From: the human T2T-CHM13v2.0 reference genome, Homo sapiens
Length of the DNA: 64,000 bases
NCBI RefSeq assembly: GCF_009914755.1
Contig: NC_060932.1
Strand: one strand, 5' to 3'
A program made the translations under genes and the position numbers. The number at the start of each line of letters is the position of its first letter. Positions within the stretch are counted from its first letter, which is position 1. The notes beneath the pieces were generated by a model. The model made no database searches. It saw only the letters and a program-made list of their open reading frames with translations, and was not told the origin of the DNA. Of the stretch, positions 28,216 through 41,699 are shown piece after piece.

Positions 28216-30685
28216 ATATTTTGATAAAGAAGAACAATTTATAAATGTATAGGAATATTTTATAGACAATAATATAAATGGCAGTAATCTGTTAAACATC
28301 TATTAGTAGAGTTTAAGGAACTCCCCTGAAAACTGTACTACCTTATTTAGTGATCATATTACTATCGCACTTATAAATAACACCTTTATTTCAAAATGTT
28401 TTTGTTCACATTTATATTTAACACTGCTTATTTGAGTGTAATTATTTGTCCAAAGTGCTTTTCCTAATTAGGACCACAATTTTTCACACCCAAGAGAATA
28501 CAGACAATTTGAAGCTTTATCATGCACTTATGAGCCCAGAGATCAAGGTGAGCCATTTAAACTAACTGAACCCCAGTTTTATTATCTGCAGAGATGGATA
28601 ACAATCCTTTTCATGCCTATCTACCTTATGATACTAACATGAAGATTTAGCAACCATAACCTATGTTAAGTCTGTAATGTAGCACTAGGCACACAGTAAA
28701 TGCACAATAATTTTTTTCAATTCCTTTATATTCTAGAACTGCAAATTATTTTTTGTTCTGTTTTAAATATGCCACTACCAAGTCTATATTGAGTTCCTTC
28801 AGTGTTTGAGATATTGTTTCTGTTAGCATTGCCTATTTATAAGTTCAGATATTTTTCTACTTTCATTTTTCTGTTGCCATTTTTTAGTCAAGGTCCAGCT
28901 AATAACTCACACACTCCTCCTCTGGGGTGCTACTTCCAGAGTTAATCTGCATCAGTCCTTTACACTTCTGTCAGAGATACTCAATGGCAATATTATATAA
29001 ACTCCTCGCTGTAAACCCTTCTGTGACTTTCCATTGTCTTCAAGATAAAGTTTTCTTACATGACCCATAAGAACATTTAGAATATTGTTCTCCCTTGTCT
29101 CACAGCCCTTCAAATTGTCTAAACAATTTTCTTTTATTCTATCATTTATAAGCTTTGCTATTCTTTTTGCCAAAAGTAAATTTGCCTATTCTTTTCAAGG
29201 TTCAAATTAAGCAATTCCTGTTTTTTTGAGTCCTTTCTGAATTCCATACAGAAAATGAATGACTTGACTTTATGCATAATTGTATTCATTCTAAACCTTA
29301 CCCAGGATATTTTGCTCTTTGGTGCCTCAACTCACATAGTTATGAATACAATGGCTTTTTTTTTTTCAAACTTCACCCACAAGTATGTCATAACAAAATT
29401 TATTGCCACCTTATGTCTCATTTAAAAATATTTTTTTAGCCCTATATCATAGTTTGCAGTTACTTGGGTTATAATAGCAATCTCATTATGTTTCTAAGTC
29501 CCAGAGGATTTTATTTTAAAACTCTAATTTCTAGCTTAAACTTCTTTCCACTTTCCCTAGTGTTCCAGTCTTATAGCATGGGTAGTTTAAGGAGAAGTAG
29601 ACGGTCTCAGCTGGCTTGCACAATTTTTCTGTCTCTTTCTTTCACAGAATGCATATGACACCTGCCTTTTAGATTGGGATTCTCCCTTATTCACTGGGGA
29701 ATGTATCAGCTGGGATTAATCTTCAGCAGATTCCTGAAATAAAGTTGCTGTTAGTATTTTTGCTCTGGGTCCCTTGGAGCCCAGTGTAGATGACCAGTTA
29801 TCTAATATACTTTCAAATACTATGACTTAGGGCTCCAATGTGATAGCTATGGACAAGGGTCTGAATATATCTAACTAATCAACCCAAGGCTAAGTTGATC
29901 AGATGGAAGAAACAGGGAAGTTACTTGGATCCAATAATAGACCCTAAAAATGTCCCATTTGTGGTCACCAATATTGAGTAGAATTTCACTCAGCTGTGCT
30001 GGTACTGCCTGAAATCCAGAACTTCACAAACTATGGCTCTGGGAGACATGAATAATTTACTCTAACTGTATGTATATTGGGCTGAAAAAAACCAATAAAA
30101 GTAGCAAATAACTACTGGATCTCCTAATGTCAGAAAGTTCTAAATATGGAAAGTCTCTCCTTTGTTCCATTGTATTCTAAATCTTTCATCAGGTTTTCTT
30201 GCTTACTAAAAAAGAAAAATCACATTTTCCAACTATATATCTTAAAGGCTATACTCAAACAGTTCCAAGTCAAGCAGAACAGTTCACAAACTAAGACCCG
30301 TGCTTTGATGAAGTTCATATGTTTCTATTAAGCTCAATGCCTATATAAAAATAGCCATCCACCTGCGTAAAAATAACCTCTCACCTGTGGAGAAGGCCTC
30401 ATTTGTTAGTCACTGGCCAACTCTGTAACAGTTAAGACAAGAGCACAACTCTAAATATAGATAGTGTTCCATAGGACTGGCCTTGTAAACTACAAATGAA
30501 AAACTTACATTATCTACTATTACTAAATAATTGCTAAAACCTAAACACACCCAATTAAAGCTCCCCTTAGAAGTTTTCTTTTTCACTTTGTTACCAAATT
30601 CATTCCTTGGTGGTTTTTCAGTCTTGAGCCCAGTACATCCTGTACTAACATTGCCCTGAATTAAACTTACTGCTTTCTGCTACAG

Positions 30686-30811
30686 AACTAAAGAACTTGC
30701 AGACAATTGGGAACTCACATTCTCTGCAGGTTGAATTGTAACAGGTCCCAAAGAGAAAGAAACAAGTAGATAACTGCTTTTTCCGCGGGAGCATAAAGAA
30801 ACCAGAGACTG
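30686..30811 (+). pseudogene. Pseudo-exon 7, 126 bp (LKNLQTIGNSHSLQVEL*QVPKRKKQVDNCFFRGSIKKPET)
   Basis: Acceptor CTTACTGCTTTCTGCTACAG| and donor CTG|GTGAGG. Phase 1/1 with a single TAA at 30739. Confidence 0.72.
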
Positions 30812-31442
30812 GTGAGGAACTGTTTTCAACCTAAAAGATCCAACTAAAGAAGATTGTCATTAGTATCGTTTATGGCAGATATTACAGGCATTTATCTCAA
30901 AATAAGTACTGCATAAATAGGAGTTTTTATTGTTAATTTTACCATTAGTCTTTTGTGATGTATTCCTCAGACCTGTGTTGTGTGTGTTTTTTAATACTTT
31001 TTGTCCCTGTAATCCTCTCTGGTCTTTCCAAAGCCTTCCATGCTGAGGTAAGAGGAAAAATTCTCACTTAACCAACTTCATGCAGAAAAGCAATGTGAGC
31101 CAATCTAAAGGAAAATCTAAAACTTTGCGATTTAATGCAAAAGTTCACCTTAAATACAATGAGCGACATATAATTTCTTTAAAGATAAAGATAACATAAT
31201 AAACATAAACAGTACAAGCCATTACCCTTAATAAGTTGAAAATTCAGTAAAAATGATGGGCACACTAATCATTATAATAAATGAGCTAAGTATAATGCAA
31301 TGTAAGATTGAAACACACATTGTGATACTTAACAGTAAAAACAAAATGGTGGTGGTTAGGGAAAGCGGCTTGGCGGAAGAAGCCTAGAACATTTAATTTC
31401 CATGTAATTCCATCTCATTTCCCACACTTCTGTGAACATTGA

Positions 31443-31762
31443 TTTTTCTTTTCTTTTCTTTTGGTTTTTTTTTTTGAGACCGAGTTTCACTCTTGTCGCC
31501 CAGGCTGGAGTGCAATGCAATGGCGCAATCTTGCTCCCTGCAACCTCTGCCTCCCGGGATCAAGTGATTCTCCTGTCTCAGCCTTCTGAGTAGCTGGGAT
31601 TACAGGCGCGTGCCCCCACACCCAGCTAATTTTTGTGTTTTTAGTAGAGACGAGGTTTCACCATGTTGGCCAGGCTGATTTTGAACTCCTGACCTCAGGT
31701 GATCCGCCTGCCTCGGCCTCGGAACGTGCTGGGATTACAGGCGTGAGCCACGGCACCGGGCC
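31443..31762 (-). mobile_element. AluS (Sp/Sq-like) with a 5-bp internal duplication
   Basis: GAGTTTCACTCTTGT and GAGTGCAATGCAATGGCGC; complete dimer. Confidence 0.92.
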
Positions 31763-33241
31763 TAATTTTTCTTTATTATTTTTCTTTCAGATGTCTTTCT
31801 GTGTTAGTTACAAAAATTAAAGAGCATATGTTGGACAAAGTAAAATCTATAACTCTAAAAATAACTTATGTTCTCCAATAACAAAATTGGCATAGACATA
31901 AATAATGAATTTTGTAGTATAAAAGAGAGAAATCTATGTTGTTGAAATAACAATTTCCTGAAGGTAGCCAAAATTGCTATGAGAAATGTTTGGTGGCACT
32001 GAAATCACTGGGATTCATTTCTCATTTTGATATAGAAAGTAGGTGAATAAGAGGCCTGCTTTGGGAATGATAAGGGTTACTTTTCTTTTTGCATTTTTCA
32101 TAATGTCTGAATAATTTGCATTCACCTAACAAAATATGACTCTCTATGGAAAAATAATATTTGAATGTGATTAATATTTTATTTCTCTATTTTTATGGGA
32201 AGACAGATTGTCAAAGGTATTTAGGAAGAATTTACAAAAATGTGTGCTGTGTATATTACTTCAGAACTTAAAAAATGGGAAAAACTTGCCATTATTTTTT
32301 AATTTAGGTGTAAATTCCTTAAGTATAAATTTTGATTTGAGTGAAACTACTTTTGTACCTCTCTGGAGAAATGTTTAAATCCCAAGTAAACTCTTACCAG
32401 AACGAACTGTCAGTTTGGATATTTGTAACTGATTACACAGAGAATAATATACCATTGCACTCTCCCTCTGGCCAAAGAACATTTGCAAGATTCTAGTGAG
32501 ATGTAAGTACAGCAAACTACCTTACACATAAAACTGAGTAAATGTACACATTACTCTGCTTGAACAAAAACACTACGAACAGAACAAAAACAACCCAGTA
32601 ATTTGTCTAAAAATAAGTGTTTCTTTTGTGTTCAATAAATGGGAATACATTTACTATCTTTCTCATTCTATATAATTACAACAGATGGAAACATTTTTCC
32701 TAAGATCGAGAAGTTGGCATTTTACTTGTTTAATTTGGCTCAAGATACAACATTTATAGAACTGCATTCCAGGGAGTGATTTTCTAAAAGATTCCCTATT
32801 GAATATAAAATGTAATTATGCTAAATGTACCACCCAGAAATGACAGCCCTAGCCCTAAAGGTTATTCCCTGGGCATACAACAAAAACATAGCCATTCTTA
32901 CTACATTTTCTAGATCACTGAGCAGAAGTCTGCAAATTACTTCTTCAGGGTAATTAACTTAAAATTTGAATGTGAATAAAATTAGTTTTAACTAACATCC
33001 AAAATGGATTAAAAGTTTATATATTAAGCACGATTTTTCCTGTTGTATGTTGATTAATATCAAAGCTATTTCTACATAACTGGCAAACAAAAAGCCTGCA
33101 GTAGATGCAGGAAGAGGAGGGTGAGACAAATGGAATATATCAGTCAAGGAACTCTCACTTTTGCTCTTTTGTAATGGTTCTGAAGGGGAGTGGGCCACAT
33201 GTACAACTAGTACAAATTATTAAATCAATGCTGATTTTTAG

Positions 33242-33546
33242 AAGAATTGCCAGTTTATGAAGAGAGACGAAGCAAGACTAGCTTTTGGAACCTTCCCCAG
33301 GTGACCAGGAAACCTGTAACAATTTAACAGCTTGCTGTACCATGTTAGGAATCAATTCTTAAGTTATTAATACAAACATTCACAAAGCTTATTCCAAGCA
33401 ACTTAATATCCAGGAGAAAGGTCACCATGGGAACTAAGCCAATGTCCTACTGAGCTTGGCTAATATCTGTCGCTCTTTCTGTGGAACACAAATGGACTGC
33501 AAAAGAACAAAACAGAAAAGAGGATGAAAACAATTTCAAAAAGTGA
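33242..33546 (+). pseudogene. Pseudo-exon 8, 5' part; 3' end unresolved (ELPVYEERRSKTSFWNLPQVTRKPVTI*QLAVPC*ESILKLLIQTFTKLIPSNLISRRKVTMGTKPMSY*AWLISVALSVEHKWTAKEQNRKEDENNFKK*)
   Basis: Acceptor CTGATTTTTAG| in phase 1, then ~100 codons in one frame with stops at 33325, 33346, 33451 and 33544. Confidence 0.68.
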
Positions 33547-34099
33547 TAAATGAAAATTGCAAACTTTGGGAAAGACCTTCAGAATGAAGTTAAACACAAA
33601 AATTATGTATGAGCTTAGTGAAAGCAGTAGTCCATCTCGGATAAAAGAGTGAAAAGGATAAAAGAATGTTTTATTAAAACTGGCTTACTGTGTATTATAT
33701 GATGATCTTAAATATCTTAAATAGGATGAATACAACCTAGAAAGAATACATGTGTGAAGAAAAGCAGGGATCATCAGTTGAAGGGATTGATGAGGAGAAA
33801 AATATATAAAGAGGAGAAAAAGCAGAAGCTGTTTGTCTCTGGTGGACAAAATTCATATGATACTTTTCTTTTACTGGATGATTAAAAAATTTTATTACAG
33901 TGAACATTTTCTTTCATATAGCATTTCCCCACTGTAAGATAGCTCCTACATCAACATGACCACTTGCAGCTGAGTGCAATTTGAGTAACTCTGAATAAAA
34001 GGTGATCCTACCTCTTTATACAGACAAATATCTTGCTCTGCTCCTATTAACAATAGTAAGAAAAAAAACAGGTGTTAAATATGAAAGACTAATAATACT

Positions 34100-35768
34100 A
34101 ATAATACAAACCTATAAGAATCTCCAAAACTAAAACAAAAAAATGGACAAATAACAACTTATGGCAAAATGACATATTTTACTTCTTTTAGGAAGATAAG
34201 ATGGTATGATTATTTTGAAAGACAATTTGGTATTGCCTTACAAAAGGTAAACACAGTCTCACCTTATGATTAAGCAATTGCACTCCTAGGTATTTATCTA
34301 ACTGATTTGTAAAGTTATGTCCTCACAAAAGCCTGCATACTAATGTTTGTAGCAGTTTATTCATAGTCATGAAAAACTGGAAATGATGAAGACGTTCTTC
34401 AATAAATGAATGGATGCAAAACCGTGTTACTTCCATACAATTCAGGAATTTAAAAAAAGAGCTACCAACCAACACAGGGACATGTACAAATATTAAATGC
34501 ACATTACTAAGTAAAAGAAGCCAGTTAAAAAATGCAATATTCTGTATGATTACATTTATATGAAATTCAGGAAATGACTCAGCTGTGTAGAGAGTAAACA
34601 GATTCCTGATTTTTACATTAAGTACTAGTTTCTTAGTCATAACACCATAAGCACAAGGAAAAAGAGAATGTGTGTATATATATATATATGTACACACACA
34701 CACACATATATATACACACATATATATGACATCATTAAATTTAAAAGTTCTGTGCCTCAAAAGATATCAAGAAAATGAAAATACAGCTCCACAATATGGG
34801 AAAAATACTTGCAAATGATGTATCTAATAGGAACTTGTATGTAGAATATATAAATAACTTTTACAATCCAATAATAAAAAGACAAATGACAATGTTAAAA
34901 ATAAAAACAGGAAAGGGTTCTGAATAGACGTTTCTTCATATAAGATGTACAAAGGGCTAACAAGTGTATGAAAATGTTCTTAACATCATTATCCATCAAG
35001 GAAATGAAAATTAAAACTACAGTAAAATAACCCTTCACACACATTTTAACAACTAAAATAAAAAAATGTTAAAAGGGAAAATAATAAGCGTTGGCATGAA
35101 TGTAGAGAAACTGGATCCCTCATATATTGCTGGTGACAATGTAAAATGATGCAGCCACTTTCAAGAACAGTCTGTCAGCTCCTCAAAAATTTAAACTGTT
35201 ACCATATTACTAAGTAGTTCAACTTTTAGAAAAATGGAATCATATGTCATGAACAAGTCTACACAAATGTACTTAGCAGCATTATTCAAAATAATCGAAA
35301 TGTAGACACAAACCAAATGTTCATCAACTGAATGGATAAATAAAATGCATAAATAATATGCATACGAAGAATGCATATTAATGCATTAATGCATAACTTG
35401 GCAATAAAAAGAAATTGAAGTAATCATTCAAGCTACACTATGAATGAACCTTTAAAACATTATTTTAAATGAAAGAAACAAAACACATATTGTTCAGTTC
35501 AATTTATATAAAATGTACGAAATAGGTAAATATATGGAGACAAAGTTCATTCATGTTTCCTAAGGCTGGCATGTGTGTGTGTGTGTTGTGTGTGTTTCAC
35601 AGGGAGACAGGTAGTAGGAAGTGGCTGCTAATGGTTATGTCTTTTAGGTGGGTGATGAAAATGTTCTAAAATTAGATGGTGATTGTCGTCCAACTCTACA
35701 AATACACTAAATATCACTAAATTTACACTTAAAATATTAATTACATCTCAATAGAGTTGTCAAAAAAG
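34100..35768 (+). mobile_element. Two old L1 3' pieces (L1MC-like, then L1MB-like) with (TA)/(CA)n at ~34670-34727
   Basis: GCAATTGCACTCCTAGGTATTTATC; CATATATTGCTGGTGACAATGTAAAATG; L1MB-like end GGTGATGAAAATGTTCTAAAATTAGAT...ATCTCAATAGAGTTG. Confidence 0.8.
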
Positions 35769-36939
35769 AATACCATGGTGATTCTAGTGTTCTAGATTAA
35801 TCAAAGGAATAGCTCACTTATTCTAAATCACATTACTTAATGATGTGAAAATTCACAGGGCATTTTCCATGAAAACATATGAATAATGAATAAGCATTGG
35901 CCACAAACTACTATCTCTCAAAAAAGCCAAAAATAAAGAACCAACACTTCAGCAGTAAGAGAATAAGAAGTGGAGAGTGAAACACCAAAGGAATATTTTT
36001 AGCCTGATGAACTGACAAAGAAGAAAGATGGCTTAAAAAGATGGCTTAAAAAGATAACATCAACACAACATTGCATATTAATTGCACAATCAACTCAAGT
36101 AGAGAACATAATGTGTGTTCGATAGTGTATGAAGTATTATGAACATAATCAAAAGAGGCATGAAGGCATGACATGGAGGCCAATGTGTAAATTATTTCCC
36201 TACAAATGGGATGTCACATCTATCTCAGCAAAGTCTGTGTGGATTCGGATTTGGTCCATGTCAAATCCTCCAAGACACATTTACTTTCTCACAGAGGACA
36301 GTGAGTTAAATAGGTTTCCATCCCTGAGAACTCCAACACCCTTGTTATAGCAAAATCTCATGACAATGAAGCCAGTGATTTTGGGATGAGCAAAATTACC
36401 ACTGGGTTCTGTGTCTTCTTGCTTCAGTCTTGTATATGTAATGGTCCAGATCCTTAAAGAAAGATAATCTGTGGGAAGGGGCATCTATTGCCATGTCATT
36501 CACAAGTTTTGGGAAGGACAAATTTTCTATATAATTTAATGAACCACAGAGTTCACACAGAGTTAATCTTGAGTTATAATTATGAGAAAGGTAGAAGCTA
36601 GTGGGTTTTCACCTGGGTCTTCTAATCAAACCATGAATATTTGGTGAGGATTACTAAGGAAGAATTCCATTTACTTATTAAGGTCTATGGTTGAGCATCT
36701 GACAATCCAAAAAAGAATGATTTTTTTTTTTCAGTACCAGTTTGAACCTCTGTGACAAGGTGGGGAAAATTCCTTTTCACCCACTGACATAGAAGAACCC
36801 TATTTCTTCTCAAGAGTTAAAGAAACAAGGGATCCTTTCAACAGACTCCCATTTCAGTTGGGATAATTTTTCAATACATTATCTGAAGTAGTATGTAATT
36901 GTATCATGTTTTATTTTCTTTTAGTTAATGCCATTAAGG

Positions 36940-37035
36940 CAGCAGTTCCCAATCTTTCTGGCACCAGGGACTGGTTTCATGGGAGATAGTTTTTCCACAG
37001 ACAGGGCAGTGGGAGATGGTTTTGGAATGAAACTA
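36940..37035. mobile_element. MER1-type (hAT-Charlie) fragment
   Basis: TTTCTGGCACCAGGGACTGGTTTCATGG...TTTTTCCACAGAC...GATGGTTTTGGAATGAAACT matches the recalled MER1B end. Confidence 0.75.
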
Positions 37036-37073
37036 TCTAATGTTTGAACTCTTAAAAAATATGCACCTATTTC

Positions 37074-37411
37074 TGGTGGCTCATGCCTGTAATCCCAGGA
37101 CTTTGGCAGGCCGAGGCGGGTGGGTCACATGAGGTCAGGAGTTCGAGACCAGCCTGGCTAACATGAAACCCCGGTCTCTACTAAAAATGCAAAAATGAGC
37201 TGGGTATGGTGGTGTGTGCCTGTAGTCCCAGCTACTCGGGAGGCTGAGGCAGGAGAATCACTGGAACCCAGGAGGCGGAGGTTGCAGTGAGCTAGATCCC
37301 GCCACTGCCCTCCAGCCTGGGTGACAGAGTGAGACTTCATCTCAGAAAGATAAGAAACAAAGAAGAAAGAACGAAAAGAAAAGAGAAAAGAAAAGAAAAG
37401 AAAAGAAAAAA
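37074..37411 (+). mobile_element. AluS with (GAAAA)n tail
   Basis: Dimeric Alu lacking its first few bases. Confidence 0.92.
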
Positions 37412-37520
37412 GATGTTTCTCCTGCTTACTTATGAAATGAGATTCTGGAACGTTATTGTCATACTCTCTACCATGTGAAACAAACCTAGTAAACTTTACT
37501 TAAAAAGACAATGAAGGGAG

Positions 37521-37849
37521 GGCCAGGTGTGGTGGCTCATAACTGTTATCCCAGCAATTTAGGAGGCTGAAGCAGCAGGCTGAAGCATGTTTGAGCCCAG
37601 GAGTTCAAGGCCAGCCTGGGTAATATGGTGAGACTTTGTATCTACAAAGAACTTCTAAAAAGTTAGTGAAGCATGGTCATGTATGCCTGTAGACCCGGCT
37701 ACTCAGGAAGCTCATGTGGAAAAATTACCTGAGCAGGGGAGGTAGAGGCTTCAGTTAGCAGTAATTGTGCCACTGCACTCTAGTTTGAGTGACAGAGTGA
37801 GACCCTGTCTCATAAATACATACACAAATAAATACAATAATAAATAAAA
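37521..37849 (+). mobile_element. AluJ-like
   Basis: TTGAGCCCAGGAGTTCAAGGCCAGCCTGGG J-type; diverged dimer. Confidence 0.88.
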
Positions 37850-39105
37850 ACATACAAGTGAAAGGAAACCAAAAAATCTATTGAAATCATGTCTCCATAA
37901 AGCACCAGGTTAGAGTGTACTTTGCTTTGCTTGTAAAGATTTTAATCTTTATATTAAAGTGTTAATATTAATTCAAGTTACAAAAGTGTGATTTCTATGT
38001 AGAACTATGGAATATGAGTACATTTTTTCACATCATACTCTACAATATGCAATGTTCTTTTGAAAATGAGTGGATTTAGGCATATTGGCAGGTGAGCTTG
38101 GTTTACCAAAATTAATCATAAAATGCTAAGCATATGCATTTCAGACAGCACAAAAATAGATTTTAAGACCTACTAGAATTAATTGCTGGTATTTAGGAAG
38201 ATAATTCTTTGCTTGCTAGTGGTGGTGAGGAACCATCAATCCTCAATCAATTAAATCTTAGCTGTTACCTTGAAAATCTTACCTGTATGGATATCTCCCA
38301 CTAGTCAAGAAAATGCTACATGTGAACAGGGCACTTAGTGTTACTAAAGTCAACCTTCCCTTTGTGTTATTCTTTACATTCCAATACTGCAATATGTAAA
38401 AAAGAGCATTCTATTTTCAATAACTATACTTAAGGGCCAATATCCTTCTCTGGGGTATCTATGGGGTTTCTTCGTATTATAGAATTTAGCTGCGAGTTTA
38501 GCACTTTGGGTTCTGGAATCTCTGTCTTATCATTAGAATATCTTCGAATGGTAAAATAACAAGGCAATTCTTTCCAGGAAATATTGAAAGATTAGCAATA
38601 TTTTAAATGAGTTCATCAGAATGCCAAATGAAGAGACTTTGACATGATCCATAGCATAGAAATACTAACATGAAAATCATTAGCAAAAAAGTAGAAAATA
38701 GAAGTCCAGAGAGAAAAGAATAAAATATTACATAAAATTAAAATATTAGGTAAAGGAAAATGGTATAATCTTTTCTCCCCTAATTCTTTCTCCCCAAATC
38801 TAGCATTCCCCATATTTGTTTGTACATTCATGATGGAATCCCCACCCAGAATGTCTTCTCTTCTCTGTCTTCAGATATTAATTTTAATTTCAGGAATCAT
38901 TTTTTTTCTTGGAACTCCCTGACTCTTCAAAATGAATTTATTACTTGCTGCTCTGTATCATCAAAACATATTGTTTTAAAAAGTTTAAGGGTGTCTAACA
39001 TACTGTGCTTTCTGTTATATATAATTATTAAGCTACTTATAATGTATTAGTGTAAAAGATATCACCTTGCCTACTAATTTAAAAGTAAAGAGAAAGCATA
39101 CTATA

Positions 39106-39624
39106 TGTATTTAATTATATATCTCTGTATGTGTGTATATGTAATATATATTATATATCAAGTATATATTACATATCATATATTGAGTATATATTATATA
39201 ATATATAATATATTTATATAATATTTATATTATAATATACAAATATATTATATTATAAAATATGTTATATATGTATATCATATAATATATTATATATTTT
39301 TATAATATTTTTATATTATAATATATAATATATTAATAATATATAATAATTATACTATATATTATATATAATATAATAATTATACATATATTATATATAA
39401 TATAATAATTATACTATATATTATATATAATATAATATATAACATATTTATATATAATATATATAACATATTCATATATAACATAATATATAACATTTAT
39501 ATATAACATAATATATAATATATTTATACATAATATAACATATAATATATTTACATATTATATATATCTGTGCGTGTGTGTATGTGTATGTACGCACACA
39601 CAGAGACATATATAATTAAATACA
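39106..39624. repeat. AT-rich low-complexity/tandem tract with inverted terminal arms
   Basis: Almost pure A/T at 39140-39567 with a ~30-bp unit repeated about 3 times near 39330-39440. 17-bp perfect inverted repeat at 39106-39122 and 39608-39624. Confidence 0.85.
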
Positions 39625-41699
39625 CACATATATGTAGAGAGAGGAACCTTATATCTCAGGACATGATCGTTTGAGGTATGTTCTATGAGCTTCCATCAAA
39701 TAAACCACATGTATTTTAAGACAACTAGCAATATATAGTACCAATACTTAAGGCAGACGTCCTTTAACTATAATTTCATATAAGTGACATAATATATAGC
39801 ATAACTAAACCTGAAATTATAAAAAATAAGAGGTCTATAACCCAGTTTTTTAGGATGTAAAACAAAATTTATAACAAATTTTAATTGGCAATTTATTTTG
39901 AAATTTAATTTAAAATTACAAATGTACAACATGATGCTGGAAGAAAGTCTAAGTATTTAAGGAGTTGTATATTCTTAGGATCGAATAACATTTTTTTTTC
40001 TCTTTAGAATTGTGATGCTTCCATAAAGGTGACTCTTCTGCCACTTCAATATTATGCAATTTGAAAGAAATATCACAAAATAGAATTTCTTTGTGGTATT
40101 AAACGTGCTATTTATAAACTAATTGCATATATATATATAGATTATATATATAATTTCCACTTGAGTTTAATATAATGAAGAAAACACCTTGAGTTAAATG
40201 TTAAGAAGTCATTTAATTTAGAATCATTCCATCTGTAAAATTGGAATATACAGGGTTATTTTTCAACGTGCCATTCATTTTACATGAATGTTGTAAAAAC
40301 TTGGAAATAAAACAATTTGTATTATTGCAAGATATGAAATAAGACAAACATGGCATTTTCACTCTCAAGGTTTCATGTCTTTCTGAAAGCAAAATTATTG
40401 CTTCATTGATTTGAAGATAACTGCTTTCCATTCTGACAAAAAAAAATTACTGAATACATTAATTAGCATGAGACAATTAGAGGAAAATGAGTTCTCATTC
40501 TACTCTCCTCCCAGAAAGAAAAATTTAAAAACAGATTTAAATGAAACTCTGTGTAAAATATATTCTATTTATTTGTTTATATAATATGTTGAAAGGATCT
40601 TCTGGTTACATTTTTTTTTTTGAACTTTGGCTTCAAAATGACTGAATTCTTTCCTGCTTCAAATGTCAGAGTTCTTTGGTTGTCATGGATGAACAGTGTC
40701 TTAATTCAAAACTAATACTTTTTTGACTGGTAACAGTCCAGTGGCTTTCTATTTTTGCAAAGGACATATCTAAAGTATTAAGAAAATTCTCACAAGTTCT
40801 CTCAAACTCTAGCTCAAATGCAGTACTCCCTATCTTGCTTGCTTAGATGACCTGGTTTATATTCTGTCAACTTGTCAGAGGTTGCTACACATACAAAAGT
40901 TCTGAGGGCTTGGTTTGGTGTTTTTACTGGCTGAAGCAGGAATAAAAAAGAATTCTACCAGAGTTGAGAGCAGCTGCAGTTGTTTCAGATGATATTTGTG
41001 TCCAAACACTCAATGAACATATAGTAATGCAAGTTAAGTATGATCATCTCCTGCTCCATCACTCATTAATAAAAATGCTTACTCACAGTATAATAGTTAC
41101 TAAATAATGATCAGTTCTTGGGATCTGTTGTTATTATAAAGTTAGGAGTTATATGTGCCATATTATCCTAAATTCCAATGGTTAAGGCTAAAATCACACT
41201 TTTCAGCTATCTGGTTTTGGCTGAATATATTTCCTTCATCCCTTATGACTTAAAATTAGATCCTAATTCAACATATTAGGTCAGTAAAATTTCAGATGTG
41301 TTTACATTATTTTATGTGTCCTTGATAGGAGATCAAAATTTATAGTTCTGCTAATATGTAAGCCACTGAGATTTGTCTGAGTAAATTAATAATTGGTTAA
41401 ATGTATTGAAATTTGCATTGGAATCAGTGTGTTCATGAAACGTGAAAACATTCATAGTTGCAATTGTATGTCATTTTAAATAGAAAATGTCTTCAAGTCT
41501 TCTAAATCCTATAATTTTAGGAAGCTAGAGAATTAACCATGGGCAATTCTAGGTGTTAGTATCTAGAACACACAATGTCCTTAATGATATAATCAACTAT
41601 ATAAAAAACATGAAATTTAATCACATAATGCAAGTATTTTTATTTTATTCATGATTTTATACTGTTACCCTATCAGTCCCCCTTTCAGATTACTTCAAA

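Noticed and set aside
36000-36484. Minus-strand frame with a hydrophobic stretch (DFAEIDV...MPSCLFLIMFII) faintly like a channel or receptor segment
   Set aside because: Multiple stops and no family motif. Hydrophobicity is expected from the T-rich antisense of A-rich DNA.
40213-40431. 72-aa minus-strand ORF after a T-rich AG
   Set aside because: Its 3' part looks MIR-derived (ATTTTACAGATG); no companion exons or recognisable homology.
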